Assembly (NCBI GenBank): GCA_964511345.1
Contig: CAZEEV010000002.1
Location: forward strand, 136,863-200,862
DNA length: 64,000 nt
Reading direction: 5' to 3'
DNA from: an uncultured Pseudomonadales bacterium
GTDB taxonomy: Bacteria; Patescibacteriota; Microgenomatia; UBA1400; PJMF01
Both the position numbers and the translations under genes were made by a program. Shown piece by piece: positions 56,125 through 64,000 of this stretch; within the stretch, counting starts at the first letter, position 1, and every line of letters begins with the position of its first letter. The notes under the pieces were generated by a model. The model had not been told where the DNA came from. It did not search any database and saw only the letters and a list, made by a program, of their open reading frames with translations.

Positions 56125-58371
56125 TTGAAAGAAAGTTTATTTATGGATCTAATCATTGTTGAATCGCCCACCAAAGCTAGAAAACTGAAGGACTATTTAG
56201 GTAGCAAATATGTCATTGAAGCTTCTGTGGGACACGTTAGAGACCTTCCTAAGAAAACTCTTGGCATTGATTTAGAAAACAATTATCAACCTGTTTATGA
56301 GGTTAGTGCCGATAAGAAAAAAGTAGTGGCTAACTTAAAAAAATTAGCTAAAACTGCTGAGAAAATTTATCTAGCTACTGACCCTGATCGTGAGGGAGAG
56401 GCAATTGCTTGGCATATTCAATTCTTGCTTCAAGATGCTAAAAACAAAGATAGTTTTTTTCGTTCCACTTTTCATGAAATTACTAAGCCAGCTGTAACCA
56501 AAGCCATTGAAAAGCCTGGTAAGTTAAACATTGATCTAGTAAATGCTCAACAAGCTCGTCGCGTTTTAGATCGTTTAGTTGGTTATCAAGTATCACCAGT
56601 TTTGTGGAAGAAGATCCGTCGAGGTTTGTCTGCTGGTCGTGTGCAATCAGTGGCCTTACGTTTGATTGTTGAGCGCGAAAAAGAAATCGCTGCTTTCAAA
56701 CCAGAGGAATTTTGGGAATTATCTGTAGCTTTAACCAAACAAGGTTTATTACCACCGCAAAATATTTTTAATGCGGAAGGCAAAACTTCGGAAAAATTAG
56801 ACGTAAATATCTTTATTGCCAATTTAGATCAAATTAATGCCAAAAAAGCCAAAGTCAATAATGCCGAGCAGGCTAAAGCAATTGCTAAAGATTTGTTAAC
56901 TGCTAATTATTTAGTAGATAAAGTAGAGAAAACTCAGCGTAATCGTCAAAGTTTGCCACCTTTTACCACTTCATTAATTCAACAAGCTGCTGCAACTAGT
57001 TTTGGTTTTTCTGCCAAGCAAACGATGAGTTTGGCACAAAGATTATATGAAGAAGGTTTGATCACCTATCATCGTACTGATTCTTTTAATTTGGCTAGCA
57101 GCGCTATTGAAAAAGCTCGAGAATATATTGCCAATAATTTTGGCCAGAATTATTTGCCAGAAAAGGCAAGAGTTTTTGCCAAAAAATCCAAAAATGCTCA
57201 AGAAGCCCACGAAGCAATTCGCGTCACAGATTTGTCAATTGATAAAAACAATATTGCTAATCGCGCTGGCGCTCTGACTGAGCAACACATCAAACTTTAT
57301 GATTTGATTTGGCGTAGATTTTTAGCTTCACAAATGAATGCCACCATTTACGACCAAACAACCATCTTAGTTACAGCTACAGCTAAAGAAAATAAAAATA
57401 AATATTTATTGCGCAGCAGTGGTTCGGTGCTGAAATTTGATGGTTGGCGTCGTTTATTTTCTATTGCTGAAGATCAGGTTTTGCCAGAAGTCCACGAAAA
57501 AGACGCTTTATCTTACTTAGATCTAAACTCTTTACAAAAGTTTACTCAAGCTCCGCCCAGATACAATGACGCTTCTTTGGTTAAAGAATTAGAAAAAAGA
57601 GGCATTGGTAGACCAAGCACTTATGCTTCGATTATTTCGGTGATTGTAGATCGAGCCTATGTAGAACGTACTCAAAAGAAATTTTTTGCTACGCCGATTG
57701 GTATTACTGTTTGCGATTTTTTGATTGAACATTTTGATAATTTTATGGATTACGATTTCACTGCTTCTATGGAAGAGGATTTAGATTTAATTGCTCTGGG
57801 CGAAAAAAACTGGGTGAACATTATTGATTTGTTTTATAAACCTCTAGCAAAAAAGATTGGTGAAGTCACTAAAGAAGCAGATAGAGTGCAGGTGCCTGTT
57901 GAAAAAACTGGTGAAAAATGTCCAGAGTGTGGTGAGGGCGAAGTGGTGATTCGCACTGGTCGTTTTGGTAAGTTTATGAGCTGCAGTCGTTTTCCAGAAT
58001 GCAAATACACCAAAAATATTATCGAAACTTTGCCAGATCAACATTGTCCACTTTGTGGTGAAGGGGATGTAGTAGTTAAAAATACCAGATGGGGGAAGTC
58101 ATTCTACGGTTGCTCTCTTTATCCTAAATGCGATTTTGCTTCATGGAAAAAACCTGAGCCAGAGTATAAATTAACTCAGGCAGAATGGGTGGAGATCAAG
58201 AAAAAAAGAGAAGAGTGGAAAGCACGTATGAATAAAAATAAAAAACCTGTCGCCAAGGAAGAGTCGGTTGCTAAGACCAAAGCGACTTCCAGAACAAAAT
58301 CAGCGCCTAAAGTTAAAGCTAAAAAGAAAGTTGGCAAAGCTAAAAAAACTAGCTCACTTGCGAAAAAATGA
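56125..58371 (+). CDS. topA: DNA topoisomerase I with C-terminal zinc ribbons
   Basis: Toprim IIVESPTKARKL, the topo IA core, C4 zinc-ribbon repeats (CPECGEG..., CPLCGEG...) and a Lys-rich tail. Confidence 0.9.
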   Translation: MKESLFMDLIIVESPTKARKLKDYLGSKYVIEASVGHVRDLPKKTLGIDLENNYQPVYEVSADKKKVVANLKKLAKTAEKIYLATDPDREGEAIAWHIQFLLQDAKNKDSFFRSTFHEITKPAVTKAIEKPGKLNIDLVNAQQARRVLDRLVGYQVSPVLWKKIRRGLSAGRVQSVALRLIVEREKEIAAFKPEEFWELSVALTKQGLLPPQNIFNAEGKTSEKLDVNIFIANLDQINAKKAKVNNAEQAKAIAKDLLTANYLVDKVEKTQRNRQSLPPFTTSLIQQAAATSFGFSAKQTMSLAQRLYEEGLITYHRTDSFNLASSAIEKAREYIANNFGQNYLPEKARVFAKKSKNAQEAHEAIRVTDLSIDKNNIANRAGALTEQHIKLYDLIWRRFLASQMNATIYDQTTILVTATAKENKNKYLLRSSGSVLKFDGWRRLFSIAEDQVLPEVHEKDALSYLDLNSLQKFTQAPPRYNDASLVKELEKRGIGRPSTYASIISVIVDRAYVERTQKKFFATPIGITVCDFLIEHFDNFMDYDFTASMEEDLDLIALGEKNWVNIIDLFYKPLAKKIGEVTKEADRVQVPVEKTGEKCPECGEGEVVIRTGRFGKFMSCSRFPECKYTKNIIETLPDQHCPLCGEGDVVVKNTRWGKSFYGCSLYPKCDFASWKKPEPEYKLTQAEWVEIKKKREEWKARMNKNKKPVAKEESVAKTKATSRTKSAPKVKAKKKVGKAKKTSSLAKK

Positions 58372-58967
58372 AAATTCTGATTTTTGGCGGGACTTTTAAT
58401 CCACCACATTTAGGTCATCAATTAATGGTTGAGCAAGCTTTGAGTAGATCGCTTGTAGGAACGGTCTTTGATCAGTTATGGTTATTACCAGTTGGCCAAC
58501 ATAGTTTTGCCAAAAAGTTCGTCGATAATCAGCATCGCTTAGCGATGTTAGATTTGATGATATCCAGTCTATTTCAGAAAAATCCTCTCCTTAAAAACAA
58601 AATTTTTATAGAGAGATACGAGTTAGAGAGAGATGAGGAAAGTCAAACTTTTGCGACGTTAGAGGCACTATCCAAACAATATCCAGAGCATCAGTTTTCC
58701 TTTTTAATTGGTTCAGACAACTTAGCGAAATTTCATTTGTGGCACCATTACCAATTAATGCTAAGTAAATATCCGTTTTACGTTTATCCAAGAATAGACT
58801 ATCCTTTTCAGCCTTTTTATCAAGGAATGATTGCTTTGGAAGGTTTTCCTGAAATGCAGGTTTCATCTACCCAAGTCAGAGAAGCCTTTCTAAATAAGAC
58901 TAGCTTAGATGATTTATTAGATGTTAAAGTAATCGAATATATTAAAGAGCACAAACTATTTATTTAG
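58368..58967 (+). CDS. nadD: Nicotinate-nucleotide adenylyltransferase
   Basis: ILIFGGTFNPPHLGH is the (H/T)xGH nucleotidyltransferase motif. It overlaps the topA stop by 4 bp. Confidence 0.8.
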   Translation: MKILIFGGTFNPPHLGHQLMVEQALSRSLVGTVFDQLWLLPVGQHSFAKKFVDNQHRLAMLDLMISSLFQKNPLLKNKIFIERYELERDEESQTFATLEALSKQYPEHQFSFLIGSDNLAKFHLWHHYQLMLSKYPFYVYPRIDYPFQPFYQGMIALEGFPEMQVSSTQVREAFLNKTSLDDLLDVKVIEYIKEHKLFI

Positions 58968-58975
58968 AAAGCACT

Positions 58976-59287
58976 ATGGCACAGACTAAATATCGTGAAT
59001 ACTATGAAAAAATGGTCGCAGAAAATCGAGAATTATTTGATGATTTTCTTAAAGTGAACGATCTTTTTCGTAAAGATCCAGTATTGAACGCAGAAAAATT
59101 TCATCAAATAGGTCAAAAAGTAGTTGATAAAATCAGAGATTTTGATCGTCGTTTATGTAGTGCTATGGGGCGTGGAGTTTACAGTACTTATTCGCAGAAA
59201 TTATCAGAAAAATTTTGGGATTTAGCACGTCAGGATTTTGACCAAATTGACATGGTGGGAGTAAAAATCAAACCTGCCAAGCAATAA
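58976..59287 (+). CDS. Hypothetical protein
   Basis: 103-aa ORF. Confidence 0.4.
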   Translation: MAQTKYREYYEKMVAENRELFDDFLKVNDLFRKDPVLNAEKFHQIGQKVVDKIRDFDRRLCSAMGRGVYSTYSQKLSEKFWDLARQDFDQIDMVGVKIKPAKQ

Positions 59288-59305
59288 TGTGCTAGAATCA
59301 AAGAT

Positions 59306-59596
59306 ATGAAAGATTATCCATACACTCATGCTCTTCTTGACGTTGTTTGGCCTTTGTTTGCTGGCTTTACAACTTTTTTTTTGCTTTTAGTTTTATTAGA
59401 TCTCGCGCTTAAAGCTGTTGCTCTTTGGAAAGCTGCTCGTGCCGACCAAATGGCTTGGTTTATAGCTTTAATTGTTTTTAATACGGTTGGTATTTTACCA
59501 ATTGTTTATTTGCTTTTCTTTGCTCGCAAAGTTAAAGCTATTTCAGAACCTGTCAAAAAATCTGCCCCAAAAACTAAAAAACGCGTGAAGCGTTAA
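59306..59596 (+). CDS. Small membrane protein with a basic C-terminal tail
   Basis: 96 aa with two TM helices and a C-terminal KKSAPKTKKRVKR. Confidence 0.4.
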   Translation: MKDYPYTHALLDVVWPLFAGFTTFFLLLVLLDLALKAVALWKAARADQMAWFIALIVFNTVGILPIVYLLFFARKVKAISEPVKKSAPKTKKRVKR

Positions 59597-59597
59597 C

Positions 59598-60380
59598 TTG
59601 AGATTTATGCAGCATTACCCTCAATTTTCCCAAGAAACTTCTGCAATTATTGAATTTATGCAGCATGTTTTTTCTAAAACTAAGAAGCAAAATGCTGTAA
59701 TTGCTATTTCTGGAGGGATTGATAGCGCCGTGTCGCTATCTTTGTTGGTTCAAGCTTTACCTAAAGAGCAAATCTGGCCAATTTTATTGCCTTATGGTCG
59801 ACAAGATATGATCGATGCGGAGACGATTTTAGAATTTTGGCGAGTTCCCGCTGCCAATAAAAAAATTTTAAACATTTCTTCAATAGTTGATACGACCTGC
59901 AAATCTTTGCAAATTACTGACGCAGACCAAATTCGTAAAGGTAATGTGACGGCTAGGACGAGAATGATGGCAATTTTTGATTATGCTAAGAGCAAAGATG
60001 CTTTGGTTGTTGGTACAGAAAACAAATCTGAACATTATTTGGGTTATTTTACTCGCTTTGGTGATCAGGCTTCAGATTTGGAACCTTTAGCTACTTTATA
60101 CAAAACACAAGTTCGTCAATTAGCTCGAGAATTTACTTTGCCTGAAATTTTTCTAAAAAAAGCTCCCTCTGCTGATTTATGGCAAAATCAAAGTGACGAA
60201 AAAGAATTGGGTTTTAGCTATGAATTGGCCGATCAAGTTTTACATTATTTAATTGATCAAAAACTCGCAGTAACAGAAATTCCTCAACTTTTTGATCAAG
60301 GACAACAATCTTTAGTAAACAGAATTTTAGCTAGGGTGGAGGCGATGGCTTTTAAACAGCAAGTTCCTTATACTCTATAG
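59598..60380 (+). CDS. nadE: NH3-dependent NAD+ synthetase
   Basis: AVIAISGGIDSAVSLSLL (SGGxDS PP-loop), and a 260-aa length typical of NadE. Confidence 0.8.
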   Translation: MRFMQHYPQFSQETSAIIEFMQHVFSKTKKQNAVIAISGGIDSAVSLSLLVQALPKEQIWPILLPYGRQDMIDAETILEFWRVPAANKKILNISSIVDTTCKSLQITDADQIRKGNVTARTRMMAIFDYAKSKDALVVGTENKSEHYLGYFTRFGDQASDLEPLATLYKTQVRQLAREFTLPEIFLKKAPSADLWQNQSDEKELGFSYELADQVLHYLIDQKLAVTEIPQLFDQGQQSLVNRILARVEAMAFKQQVPYTL

Positions 60381-60388
60381 AAGATTTT

Positions 60389-60952
60389 ATGACTGATTCT
60401 AGCGCTCATATTATTTTAAAAGCGATTGACATTGCAGTAATTGTTAAGCAATTGCGTCAAGAAAAAAAAAGAATTGTTTTAACTCAAGGCTCTTTTGATT
60501 TGGTGCATATTGGGCATGCTCGTTATTGTGACAAAGCACGTGATTATGGCGATGTTCTTATTGTTGGTGTAGATAGCGATGAAAAGGTTCGTCAACGCAA
60601 GGGTCCTAATCGTCCCATTGTTCCGGAAGATGAACGTATGGAAATGTTAACTCATTTACGCAGTGTAGATTATGTAGTGCTTAAAGAAGCGGGCGAGGAA
60701 AAATTTAACCTGATTAAATTGATTAAACCAGATGTTTTGATTGCTACGGCACAAACTTATGATGAAAAAACTATTAAAAAATTAGAAAAAATCTGTGGCA
60801 AAGTGGTAGTACTTGATCCGATGGCTACCACCTCCACCACTGCCAAAATTCGTTTAATGCAAATGAATACGGCTCGTAAAATTCAAGATCGGATGCGCAC
60901 TAAATTAATTAAAAGTATTGAAGAGGTTCTGGAAGAATTAAAAACTGCTTGA
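60389..60952 (+). CDS. Cytidylyltransferase-like nucleotidyltransferase family protein
   Basis: VLTQGSFDLVHIGHARYC, the (G)xFDxxHxGH motif. Confidence 0.6.
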   Translation: MTDSSAHIILKAIDIAVIVKQLRQEKKRIVLTQGSFDLVHIGHARYCDKARDYGDVLIVGVDSDEKVRQRKGPNRPIVPEDERMEMLTHLRSVDYVVLKEAGEEKFNLIKLIKPDVLIATAQTYDEKTIKKLEKICGKVVVLDPMATTSTTAKIRLMQMNTARKIQDRMRTKLIKSIEEVLEELKTA

Positions 60953-60968
60953 GACAATAGGGATCTTT

Positions 60969-61895
60969 ATGAAAAAAATTCTTTTTGCTTATGTGCCAGT
61001 TTTGCATCGTGGTTATCAGGAATTTTTTATTAAATATCAAAATGCAGATTTATATTTATTGAGTAGAGAAGAGCTTCTAAAATTTTATGAGCTTGAATAT
61101 CTTAAGAAGGACATTCGGGTTTTAGATTTGTCTTTAGCTAAGCAGGCGATCAAATCGTGGAATATATTTAAACTTGTAGAATCAGTTAAAATATCAGAAT
61201 TAGAACAACAAAAATACTCTTCTGAGACTACACAGTTAATTTTTACCAACGATGATATTGGTCATTTTATTGCGGAAAAATTTTTTAAGCATTACTCAAA
61301 TAAACTATTTGAGCCAGTTTTTTTACGTTGGGATAAGAATTTAATGAGTCGGCAGCATGAAGTCCCAACCGGTGTAGCGATTAGTCAAAAAGAATTTGAG
61401 CAGAAAACAATGATTAAGGCTTTTGTAGAAGCAGGTAAGAGCAGTGATTGGTGGCGTCACGTTGGGAGTGTTATTTTTAAAGATGGCCAATTGATAATGG
61501 CTGGTTATAACCAACATTTACCAACTAGCGATCAACAGTACAAGAATAGCGACCCTAGGATTTCCTTTACCTCTGGTGTAGGAGCTGATTTCAGCAGTTC
61601 CATTCATGCCGAGGCCAACTTGATCGCCTTAGCAGCTAAGCAAGGTATTTCTCTAGCTGGAGCAGAAATGTTTGTAACTACTTTTCCTTGCCCAGTTTGT
61701 GCCAAACAAATTGCTGTCGCTGGTATTAAAAAAGTTTATTATGCCAAAGGTTATGCAGTTTTAGATGGTTTAGAAATCTTTCAAAGCTTTGGAATAGAAA
61801 TAGTTTTAGTAAAATTTACTGACCAGGAATTTAATGAGATTGAGGAATTAGAACAAGCAAGGTCAGTTGTTGAAAAATGTTACGATTTGAATTAA
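60969..61895 (+). CDS. dCMP/cytidine deaminase-family protein with an N-terminal extension of about 150 aa.
   Basis: C-terminal HAEANLIALAAKQG...PCPVCAKQIAVAGIKKVYY (HxE...PCxxC zinc motif). Confidence 0.75.
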   Translation: MKKILFAYVPVLHRGYQEFFIKYQNADLYLLSREELLKFYELEYLKKDIRVLDLSLAKQAIKSWNIFKLVESVKISELEQQKYSSETTQLIFTNDDIGHFIAEKFFKHYSNKLFEPVFLRWDKNLMSRQHEVPTGVAISQKEFEQKTMIKAFVEAGKSSDWWRHVGSVIFKDGQLIMAGYNQHLPTSDQQYKNSDPRISFTSGVGADFSSSIHAEANLIALAAKQGISLAGAEMFVTTFPCPVCAKQIAVAGIKKVYYAKGYAVLDGLEIFQSFGIEIVLVKFTDQEFNEIEELEQARSVVEKCYDLN

Positions 61896-61901
61896 TGAAT
61901 T

Positions 61902-62372
61902 TTATTTTCTACGTTCCCATTGCAAACCTAGCTTAATTCTTACTGGTTCAAAATCTTTAGCCATGGCATCTGGCACAACTAACTGCACATGCAGATGATT
62001 GACGGTGCCAGCAGAAAAATCTGTATCGCCGAAACGCATTGAAAAACCACCGCCTTCAAATTGATATTCGTGTTCTAGTTCCTTAACTAGTTCAAATAGC
62101 TCACTACCAGCTTCTGTAGCTAATTCTGCTAATTTGGTAATATGCTGCCTATAAATCAATAAGAAATGATGTTTAGTGTGTTTGTACGGCCATTGATTTC
62201 TGGTTACTAACCAATGTTTACTTTCTTTCAAAATTGGTTCTTTATGATAAAGGCGCAAATTTTCTTCACAAAAAGGACAGTGAGCTTGATCAGCGATTTT
62301 TTGCATCACTTCGACTTGGTCTTTTTCTCTGGAATTATTAATATTGATAAAATCGTTTTTGTTTTTACTCAT
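61902..62372 (-). CDS. HIT-family (histidine triad) protein
   Basis: NHLHVQLV histidine triad near the C-terminus. Confidence 0.7.
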   Translation of the reverse strand: MSKNKNDFININNSREKDQVEVMQKIADQAHCPFCEENLRLYHKEPILKESKHWLVTRNQWPYKHTKHHFLLIYRQHITKLAELATEAGSELFELVKELEHEYQFEGGGFSMRFGDTDFSAGTVNHLHVQLVVPDAMAKDFEPVRIKLGLQWERRK

Positions 62373-62384
62373 TTTAAATATTTC

Positions 62385-63266
62385 CTAAATCGCTACTGGA
62401 ATATCCCACATGCCTGGATGGGGATTGTAATCAACTAGTTCAAAATCTTCGACGCGATAGTCGAAAAGATTTTTTTTCTTGTTCTTAAGAATCATTTTAG
62501 GGAGTGGACGAGGCTCGCGTTTTAATAGTTCTTTAACGTGATTAATCTGATCGACAAAAATGTGGGCGTCAGAAAAACTATGGACATATTCATAAGCTTC
62601 ATAACCGGTCACTTCAGCAATCATCATGGTGAGAGCAGCATATTGAGCGAGATTAGCAGGTAAGCCAATTGGCACATCGCTGGATCTTTGAAACATGTGC
62701 AAGGTTAATTTATTGTTAATGACGCGAATGTGAATCCAGCCATGACATGGACAAACGACTACTTTTTGTTGTTTGCCCTTGCCGCGAATAGTGTACTGCG
62801 GAATCCAAGGACTAATAAAATGAGTCTTTAGGTGAGGTAATTCTTTGATTTGTTCAATGATTTCTTTAAATTGATTGAAAGTGCCACCATCGGCAGTAGG
62901 AAAATCATGGAAAGCAGCTCCATAAGAACCAGGTCCCAGGTCACCAGTTTCAAGTCCACGTTTATGGCATTTTTCTTCCGTAACCCAAGATTTCCACCAA
63001 TTACAACCATATTTTTCTAGCTGTTCTTGAGTGCGTGCTCCATTAATAAAGCCAATAATTTCACCAATGGCACCTTTCCACATTTTTTCACTAATTTTGC
63101 GTTCAGTAATAATGGGAAAACCTTCGCTTAATTTAAAACGTAGAGGAGTAGGGGCAATTTTACTGATGGTGTCAACTTCTTGTTGACTCTGACCTTGAGC
63201 GCCTTCATCTAAAATTTCTTGAAGTAAGTTTTGATAAGGAGATAAGGATTTTGACATTAAACACAA
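62385..63266 (-). CDS. thyA: Thymidylate synthase (divergent ThyA)
   Basis: CPCHGW... active-site Cys region, QRSSDVPIGLPANLAQYAALTMMIA, and a downstream DAHIF. Confidence 0.8.
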   Translation of the reverse strand: MCLMSKSLSPYQNLLQEILDEGAQGQSQQEVDTISKIAPTPLRFKLSEGFPIITERKISEKMWKGAIGEIIGFINGARTQEQLEKYGCNWWKSWVTEEKCHKRGLETGDLGPGSYGAAFHDFPTADGGTFNQFKEIIEQIKELPHLKTHFISPWIPQYTIRGKGKQQKVVVCPCHGWIHIRVINNKLTLHMFQRSSDVPIGLPANLAQYAALTMMIAEVTGYEAYEYVHSFSDAHIFVDQINHVKELLKREPRPLPKMILKNKKKNLFDYRVEDFELVDYNPHPGMWDIPVAI

Positions 63267-63330
63267 TATATGGCAGTTTCAGTGAAGGTGCAAGAGGAGA
63301 GAACTTGATATAGAATGTAGAATACAAGTT

Positions 63331-64000
63331 ATGCAAGTCAAAGCAATTAAATCTCGTTTGATTAAACCCAATGATAATCTTTTTGCAGCAATTGATGAAG
63401 CAATTTTTGCTGACCCCGATCTCAAAGGTGAACTTCCAGAAAATACAATTTTAGCGATTAGCTCGAAAATTATCAGTTATTGTCAAGGACGAGTGATAAA
63501 AAAATCCGCCGATAAAGAAGCTAAACATAATTTAACTAAACAAGAAGCCGAATTTTATACTGATCCTTCATCCTCCAAATTTGACTTAATGCTAACGATT
63601 AAAAATTCGACTTTAATTGTCAATGCAGGTATCGATGAATCTAACGCTTCTATTAATGGAGAGGCTTGTTACGTGTTGTGGCCAGAGAAAATTCAAGAAA
63701 CCCTCAATGATGTTTGGCAGTATTTGCGCACCAAATATCAATTAAAAAATTTTGGGGTGATTACTACCGATAGTCGTTCTTTTCCATTACGCTGGGGAGT
63801 AGTGGGAACAGCTATTGCTTATTGCGGGTTTAAATCACTCAATAATCATATTGGTGAAGCAGATTTATTTGGTCGCAAGATGGTAATGGAACAAGTGAAT
63901 GTCGCTGAAGCTTTGGGAGTAGCAGCAACCTTTGAAATGGGTGAAGTTGCTGAGCAAACACCTTTTGTTTTAGTTTCTGATTTAAAAAAAGTGCAGTTTG
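63331..64000 (+). CDS. CofE/FbiB-like (F420-0:gamma-glutamyl ligase family) protein; 5' part only, runs off the window end.
   Basis: I translated it by hand. Motifs: ILAISSKIISYCQGR, VNAGIDESNAS, GVVGTAIAYCGFKSL...FEMGEVAEQTPFVLV. Confidence 0.6.
   Translation, partial: MQVKAIKSRLIKPNDNLFAAIDEAIFADPDLKGELPENTILAISSKIISYCQGRVIKKSADKEAKHNLTKQEAEFYTDPSSSKFDLMLTIKNSTLIVNAGIDESNASINGEACYVLWPEKIQETLNDVWQYLRTKYQLKNFGVITTDSRSFPLRWGVVGTAIAYCGFKSLNNHIGEADLFGRKMVMEQVNVAEALGVAATFEMGEVAEQTPFVLVSDLKKVQF

Noticed and set aside
1-64000. CRISPR arrays, rRNA genes, intact transposases/integrases
   Set aside because: No regularly spaced direct repeats of 25-40 bp were seen, no rRNA-like conserved blocks, and no ORF with DDE, serine- or tyrosine-recombinase catalytic motifs. 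Only an excisionase-type HTH and a core-binding-like domain without a catalytic domain were found.

Overview
Low-GC window of about 35% GC, densely packed with housekeeping genes that use the standard genetic code. Gene content (split competence genes, ribosomal-protein locus fragments, many small hypotheticals, giant surface proteins) fits a small-genome, possibly CPR/episymbiont-like bacterium. Recognisable genes: leuS, comEA, comEC as two ORFs, an M16 peptidase, ndk, a divergent mreB, murF, a murD with a long N-terminal fusion, tagA/wecG-like, rplL-rplJ, thrS without the TGS domain, rplA-rplK-nusG-secE, galU, rpmG, mscL, a ZIP transporter, an M50 protease, rpmB, fmt, def, mreC-mreD-PBP2, dprA, topA, nadD, nadE, dCMP deaminase, a HIT protein and thyA. 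I read seven tRNA genes by hand: Arg-CCT, Pro-CGG, Thr-GGT, Tyr-GTA, Thr-TGT and Trp-CCA, plus a duplicated 3' fragment of tRNA-Arg. A consensus-like sigma70 promoter sits just upstream of the Thr-Tyr-Thr cluster, and there are several clear rho-independent terminators. The most unusual items: (1) an edge-truncated giant surface protein of more than 1200 aa whose cytoplasmic N-terminus looks like a tyrosine-recombinase SAM-like core-binding domain, followed by one TM helix and tail-fibre-like GIGTTTP repeats; (2) a roughly 450-aa PP-loop-like domain with a Cys cluster fused to MurD in one 891-aa ORF, translationally coupled to murF; (3) two tRNA genes (Arg, Pro) each followed by a short 93-128 bp insert that shares a GGAGGGTG/CACTCTCC hairpin core and is flanked by direct repeats duplicating the tRNA 3' end or its 3' flank; (4) comEC split at a GTGA overlap; (5) a scrambled rpmG-tRNATrp-secE-nusG-rplKAJL locus with a degenerate HTH/LAGLIDADG-like gene abutting tRNA-Trp; (6) a membrane-anchored protein with three tandem Cys-rich modules. 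No CRISPR array, rRNA or intact transposase/integrase was seen.
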